Below, piece by piece: positions 37,074 to 64,000 of a stretch of 64,000 nucleotides of DNA. The DNA comes from Macrostomum lignano (Eukaryota). Within the stretch, counting starts at the first letter, position 1. Each line of letters starts with the position of its first letter. The notes under the pieces are model-generated. The model saw only the letters and a list, made by a program, of their open reading frames with translations, was not told where the DNA came from and searched no databases. Position numbers and translations under genes: made by a program. The stretch lies in contig NIVC01002668.1 in NCBI GenBank assembly GCA_002269645.1, positions 86,681-150,680 of the forward strand, given 5' to 3'.

Positions 37074-37086
37074 AATAAATAATAAA
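37074..37086 (+). terminator. Candidate polyadenylation signals (AATAAA x2) of the ZIP gene
   Basis: AATAAATAATAAA lies ~330 nt after the stop codon. Confidence 0.45.
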
Positions 37087-37499
37087 GTTCTTATTTGGCT
37101 GTTATAGTTGCTATATTGTAAGGACCATTGATTTCTGTTATTGCATAACAGTTCTTGTTTGCGTGCAATCTGTTAAACATATCCGTTATTGTACACCTCC
37201 TATTCTTTATATTCATATAGCCCTATGTTTAATATCAAGCCGCAGTTCCAATGCACACACAGCTATGTCTAAACTTTTTTCATGTTGTTACTTTTTCAAC
37301 ATTCACGTCTTATTATTCATTTATTCTGTCAGTCAGCTCTGGATTCACGTGTTCTTTCACGCTTTCACGTGAGTCATTCAATTCACAGTGAATTTTTGCT
37401 GGTTAGCGACTGCAGTTGTTTGTGGACCCGTTTGCTCAGCCCTGCTGTCTATACTTGATTTTGCCTGGTTGCTAGCTAATAGTGCTCATTATTCTCTGC

Positions 37500-38170
37500 T
37501 CACTTCCCATCTTCCTACTTCCTCACTTCTCATCTCCTCACTTCCCATCCCCTCACTTCCCACCTCCTCACTTCCCATCTCCTCACTTCCCATCTCCTCA
37601 CTTCCCACCTCCTCACTTCCCATCTCACCTCCTCACTTCCCATACCATCTCCTCACTTCCCACCTCCTCACTTCCCATCCCATCTCACTTCCCATCCCAC
37701 ATCTCGCTTCCCATCCCATCTCCTCACTTCCCATCCCACCTCTCACTTCCCATCCCATCTCCTCACTTCCCATCTCCACTTCCCATCTCCTCACTTCCCA
37801 CCTCCTCACTTCCCATCTCACCTCCTCACTTCCCATCCCATCTCCTCACTTCCCATCTCCTCACTTCCCACCTCCTCACTTCCCATCTCACCTCCTCACT
37901 TCCCATCCCATCTCCTCACTTCCCATCTCCTCACTTCTCACCTCCTCACTTCCCATCCCATCTCCTCACTTCCCATCTCCTCACTTCTCACCTCCTCACT
38001 TCCCATCCCATCTCCTCACTTCCCATCTCCTCACTTCCCACCTCCTCACTTCCCATCTCACCTCCTCACTTCCCATCCCATCTCCTCACCCTCCTCACTT
38101 CCCATCTCCTCGCTTTCCATCCCATCTCACTTCCCATCCCACCCCTCACTTCCCATCCTCCAGACTTCTC
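37500..38170. repeat. Pyrimidine-rich ~15-bp repeat CCTCACTTCCCATCT
   Basis: Tandem degenerate copies. Confidence 0.9.
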
Positions 38171-38774
38171 ATCCCTTGAGTCCCCAATTACCATCACACT
38201 GACTTCCCAATTCTTTAACAACTAAGCTACTTTCAAACAATCCAAGTTGCTGTTCTCATAAGCAATCCCTTGTTCGATGTTGTTGGCCTTATTTAACCGG
38301 CAATAATATATGTATATATAACTGTTTAACAGAACTGTGCTTTTTCCAGTTCTTAATAGCAATTTTCGTTCAATTCAGCTGTGCGCTGTCCAAATTAAAC
38401 ACTTGAGCAGTCCCCAAGTGTCCTCAGCCGCTGCAACGAGTTGATCGGATCGAGAACCGTTCCGCAACACTGCCTGCGCCCCCTACCCGCTATCCGTATA
38501 TTCAATGCGCCTTTGCTTTTATTGTGTTTGTTCTCTTCTTCAACTGCCGTGTTATTTCGCTTCTATATATATATTCGTATACTACTAAATAAAAATACGT
38601 TAATTTCCTGCAATTTTCGTGCTTTTTTTCTATCATTGTGTGCTCGTGTCCGTGTTCACTTTTTGGAAGCAAAAATTTTGCCGGTGTATTTTTTCCAATT
38701 ATTTTTTCTAGTTTCTGTGACTCCAGATGGCTGGCTTAGGGACCGCGGCTTTTTATTAGTAAGTGGGAACTGCT

Positions 38775-39032
38775 GTGTGCACCTCAGCGCACTCTGCCCA
38801 TTCCACCGACTCCTGGGCAGTCATACGCACAGGCACACACTCACACAGAAGTGTACAGCGGCCCTAACTTTATTTATCGTTAGGCATGTACACCTCACTG
38901 TGCCTTGGGCACGAGCAGAGCCTGGCCGAGATTCCAATTTAGATCCAAACTAATGTGACTGCACTTGGAATCGAGCCTGGGCCGCTGGCACATCGGAGCG
39001 TCGCGCTGGACCTGGCGGCAGGCTACGGCCCC
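38775..39032 (-). mobile_element. tRNA-derived SINE family 2, copy 2
   Basis: Shares AGTGTACAGCGGCCCTAACTTTAT..ATCGTTAGGCATGTACAC and GTGACTGCACTTGGAAT with the copy at 7826-8165. Confidence 0.7.
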
Positions 39033-39599
39033 CCAATTGACCCTATCAGACATCAGTACTAGAACTAAAATCAAACAGATTTCACTCCGTCAAGAGAGTT
39101 CATAACTCAGAATTCAGACATTTCTCTGTCTGATGCAACCGACCGTATGAATCGTTGATTCGTCAATAGTTATGGATCGTGCATCAGTCGTTGTTTGCAA
39201 GTACGAGTATATACTTGTGCACATGAAGGGCACATTGATTTGGGTTTGTTTACAGAATTATTGGCCGGATCGGGTTGTCGCATAATTCACAACTATGAGG
39301 GTCAATCGCAAAGGCACAGAATCTGACGATTACGTAATCTGGGCCGCTGAGAGCATTGGCGCACCCTGTATTGTGCTCAGGACTCAGTGGAATGCCCAGA
39401 ATTGCCTCATCGCGGGCTGGTTGTTGTTAGTCTGTTGAATGGCCAAATTTTTTATTCTAGAATTTTACTAGCAATCTGCGCCCCCCGATGGGGGACATCT
39501 GGATAGAATCCTTGTTCTTTACAAATAACAAATAGACCGCGAAATAAAGCCTTCATAAAAAAACAGACATTCCCTCTAAAAACAAAACATCCCAAGACA

Positions 39600-40270
39600 G
39601 CAAGCATCCTTAGACAGCATTCAAGCATCGATGCCCAGATAGCAAGTATCCCCCAGACCGCCAGCAACCCCTGATAGCAAGCATAACCTGGATACAAATG
39701 GTCCTGACAGATAGCTAGCAACCCCCTCTCAGGTACCCTCCACCTCCCAAGGGCAAGCATCTCCCAATGGCAAGCATCCCCCAGACAGCAAGCATCCCCC
39801 AGATAGCAAGCATCCCCCAGATAGCAAGCATCCCCCAGATAGAAAACATCCCCCAGATAGCAAGCATCCCCCAGATAGAAAACATCCCCCAGATAGCAAG
39901 CATCCCCCAGATAGCAAGCATCCCCCAGATAGCAAGCATCCCCCAGATAGCAAGCATAACCTGGATACAAAGAGACCTTATAGATATCTAGCAACCCCCC
40001 TCTCAGATAGCAAGTACCCTCCACCCCCCAAAGAGCAAGCATCTCCCAATAGCAAGTTACCCCAGTAGCAAGCATCCTTCCGATAGCAAGCATCCCCCCA
40101 ATAGCAAGCATCCCTCGGATAGCAAGCATCCCCCTGATAGCAAGCATCCCCCTGATAGCAAGCATCCCCCTGATAGCAAGCTTCCCCCCAATAGCAAGCA
40201 TCCCTCGGATAGCAAGCATCCCCCTGATAGCAAGCATCCCCCTGATAGCAAGCATCCCCCTGATAGCAAT
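39600..40270. repeat. ~20-bp minisatellite GATAGCAAGCATCCCCCCA with a duplicated ~100-bp higher-order block
   Basis: Tandem copies. The block GCAAGCATAACCTGGATACAAA... occurs twice. Confidence 0.88.
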
Positions 40271-41512
40271 TCTAGAATTTTATTTGTACTTTTCAGACTG
40301 ATGACTGATCGCAAAACCCTAAAAATTTAGCCAGAGTTGTTAAAATTAATTGCCTCCTTTCCGCAATTAATCTCCGCCTGCTGCTTAACCCGTAATATAG
40401 TTACGAAGAATAAATGCGCAGTACTAAAGGCAAGGCCGCATGGACTTTTGCAATGCGCAGTTCAGTGACGAACTAGTCGATGCATTGTCATCACAGAGGG
40501 TCTCGGGTTTCCAATAGTCTGTCCAGACACAGGTGCTATAGCTGATATACACCTATGCCTGAACTATGGTCTCTCATGGCCTAACTTTTGTCGTCAAAAG
40601 GATGCATTTAGGAATCGAATCTTGGGAGATCTAGAAGCTAATTCTGTGTAGATCGTTACTTCTGAATATGAATTGAGCCTGCAGTTCGACTTTCTTGCTG
40701 GCTCAGGTTTCCATAGCTGGTATCATCAGTTAGAAGCTGGTGACTGATTGCTGCGAATGTAGAAACTGAAACATTACACTCCTGTACAGGCGGAGTGCTG
40801 CTGCAGTGGTGTCGAAAGGTTGCGACGTGCGAAAGAATCCCTTCGGGCTCAGCTGTAGCGTGAGAAAGCATTTTATTTGCTTTCCAGAGGTCTTCTGTCT
40901 GCATGCACTTTGCACTGATCTGCACTGCATCACTTGGGGGCTCTTGTACCAATTTTGCTTGTCCTCAGCTGGTGCAGTGCAAGTTCGAAAATTCCTGTCG
41001 AAATATTGCGTCCATATGAGCCCGATTAGCTGCGCAAAAACTGCTTTGAAATCTTGCTTTCTGTCAGTTGAATACCTGCTTTTTGTGGCAGAAGTGCTGG
41101 GGCTCGTTTCGTAGAATTCCTACAGAGCAGACTTCGTTCCTATTGCAAGAAAATCATTCGCACAAGAAGCATGCATGAGCTTGCTTTCTCTTAGGGTTAC
41201 AACAAGTGAGTGGTGACTTTCCAATTTTCCTTGACCGCGCCTGCCATCTGTCCGGGTTGTCTTCTTCATTTCCGGACAAGCTTTTAAATTCGGTGCATTA
41301 TGCAAATTCTTGCGATTAAAGTACAACGTTGCGTGAGGCCTTCATTGTAAAATGAAGGAATTCCTTGTCTGAGCTGGCATGGCAATTAGTTGCATGCCCT
41401 GATTTGAGTAGCAAAGTTATAGTAGCGATATTTAATAATGTAACGAGTCATGCGAATTTAAAGCACTGACCGACTGTCAATCTGAGCGCTTCTCAGTACT
41501 TCAAGTATTTAC

Positions 41513-42058
41513 CCACAGTTGCGCAATGACAACCGACGGATGGATACAACAGAAAGCCAAACCAAAGTGCAACAAAGACAGTAAATGGCTGCTACTCGAA
41601 ATGACTTATGATGCAATTGACTTGGTTTTTGGTAAATATACAGTATGAAGTGGCAATCTGCAGCCGGATTCGACTTTCTGCCAACTGACCTGAATGTGTC
41701 GCACTTTACCTGAGTTATTCGCACTTGAGTTGGCTGATTTGCTACGTGACCAGAAGAACCATATAAAGTGAATATCTGGACGCGCTTTTTGCCCTCCTCG
41801 AGGTACATCGTCGCGTCGGGTTGACCGTGCAAGAGAGCCTGGGTACAGATGGTGCCTTGGTTTTCCCCCACTTGGATCACCAGAGCAGTTGATTTGGTGA
41901 ACGACACCAGAGCACTGAGCATGAGGAACGCGTGGTTTAAGGCGCCAGCAGTGGTGCAGACAAATTTGAATTTGTAGCAAAAGAACGTGTTTGTGCGTGG
42001 GGTATTTGCATACGACGTATTTTGGTCTTGCTTGGTAGAGTCTGATCGCCCTGTGTCG
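41513..42058 (-). CDS. Probable exon of a single-pass membrane protein with a loosely CUB-like ectodomain
   Basis: Non-repetitive 186-aa ORF with Cys spacing loosely like CUB, a hydrophobic VAAIYCLCCTLVWLSVVSI segment followed by RR, and a GT donor at 41512-41511. Family assignment is weak. Confidence 0.35.
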
Positions 42059-43072
42059 CTCTCCGACAAATGAATTCAAGGCACAATGAATAACTAATTA
42101 ATTAATTAACTGCCTTAAAATTAAGATCAAATAACGAAGATCATGAAATATTCATTACCCTGATGCGATTCCTTGACGATATTTATTATACGCTCATCGA
42201 TTTGTGAATTTATTGTCTCCAATAAATAAACAAAATTAATTGTCTGCTGGGCTGGAGAAGGTCCAAGTGTCAAATGAGGTGCCCGTAGTGTAGAGCGGGT
42301 TTATGGCGCAAATTCGAATTTTTTGCTAGCTACTGCTAGTAATACGTTGCACAATGCTTTTACTTGCATTTTTACCCTTTTCTGGGATAAATGTACGTCT
42401 CAGGTTTATGGATAACATGAGGACACACTAGTGATGCTAATAATAAATCACATGACTAATAACTCAGGTTTAAAATCGTTTCAACAATTACAGTAAACAG
42501 CAATATAGTTGCTTTATATAGCGAAAAAATCACATAACAATTTCAAGAAATAAGTATTATCGCAGAATTTACAGCATGCCATGCCGAGAGGTTAACAATC
42601 CATCACAGACGATTCATTGAAGCAAAATATAATAATTTGATCACTCAGTAGTCGGGTAAGCAAATTTGTATCTGTAATCGTTTCTCACATATAAAACGTA
42701 CATACAGCTTTTATTGAATACTCAAAAACATTGGCGGACACTGAGCAGCAAAAAATCCAGTTAGTGAGAAGCCAACAGAACAAAACAGGAAGCCAACAGA
42801 ACAAAACAGGGACTGTATGGACTGATACTCGACCAAGATCTATCGAAAACATGTTTTTAGTCTGCACAGACCATGCGATCTTAATGCCATACTTTCTGGA
42901 AGCAAATTGAGAAACTTTTGAGTTCGTAAGTAAAAAAATAATAACCGCGAACTCTTAGATAGAATTTTCAAATGGCATTTCAGCCTCTTACCCCTGCCTT
43001 CATCTTCGAAAAATTGTGTAAATCCTCAAGAAAGTCGAGCTCACATCCAGCCGTCCTCATAGTCATTGTTGG

Positions 43073-63781
<20,709 letters not shown>

Positions 63782-63829
63782 CTACGGCAGCTCTTTGGGG
63801 TGGAAAAGTGTTGGTGGCATTGGTTTAAG

Positions 63830-64000
63830 ACGCTTGGTGTGATCAGAGACGCTTTGGTGTGGTCAGAGATGTTTTGGTGTGGTCAGAGGAGGCGTTTTGG
63901 TGTGGTCAGAGATGTTTTGGTGTGTCAGAGGGTTTTGGTGTGTGTCAGAGACGCTTTGGTGTGGTCAGAGACGCTTTGGTGTGGTCAGAGATGTTTTGGT
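63830..64000. repeat. ~20-bp repeat TTTGGTGTGGTCAGAGACGC running off the window
   Basis: Tandem copies. Confidence 0.85.

Overview
Eukaryotic (animal) genomic DNA with GC-rich exons and AT-rich introns. By my rough sum about a third of the window is locus-specific mini- and microsatellite. The style most resembles the flatworm Macrostomum lignano, but that is inference only. Well-supported spliced genes are: the last exon of a fibrinogen-related-domain gene (+), ARL3 (-), UNC50 (+), a divergent delta/zeta-class tubulin that best matches zeta-tubulin (+), and a LIV-1-type SLC39A/ZIP zinc transporter (+). A large DEG/ENaC channel gene (-) runs in from beyond the right edge. It has several frame breaks, a ~250-aa insertion after the thumb domain and possibly a degenerate TM2. 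Mobile DNA includes two tRNA-derived SINE families (one CORE-like) and three MITEs. The most unusual structural signal is tandem arrays built from splice-site sequence: ~60 x 32-nt GT...AG units ending at a tubulin acceptor, 22 copies of a ZIP donor site, and an array of exactly 21 x 20-nt GT...AG units in the DEG/ENaC locus. All exon joins were worked out by hand. No database searches were run.
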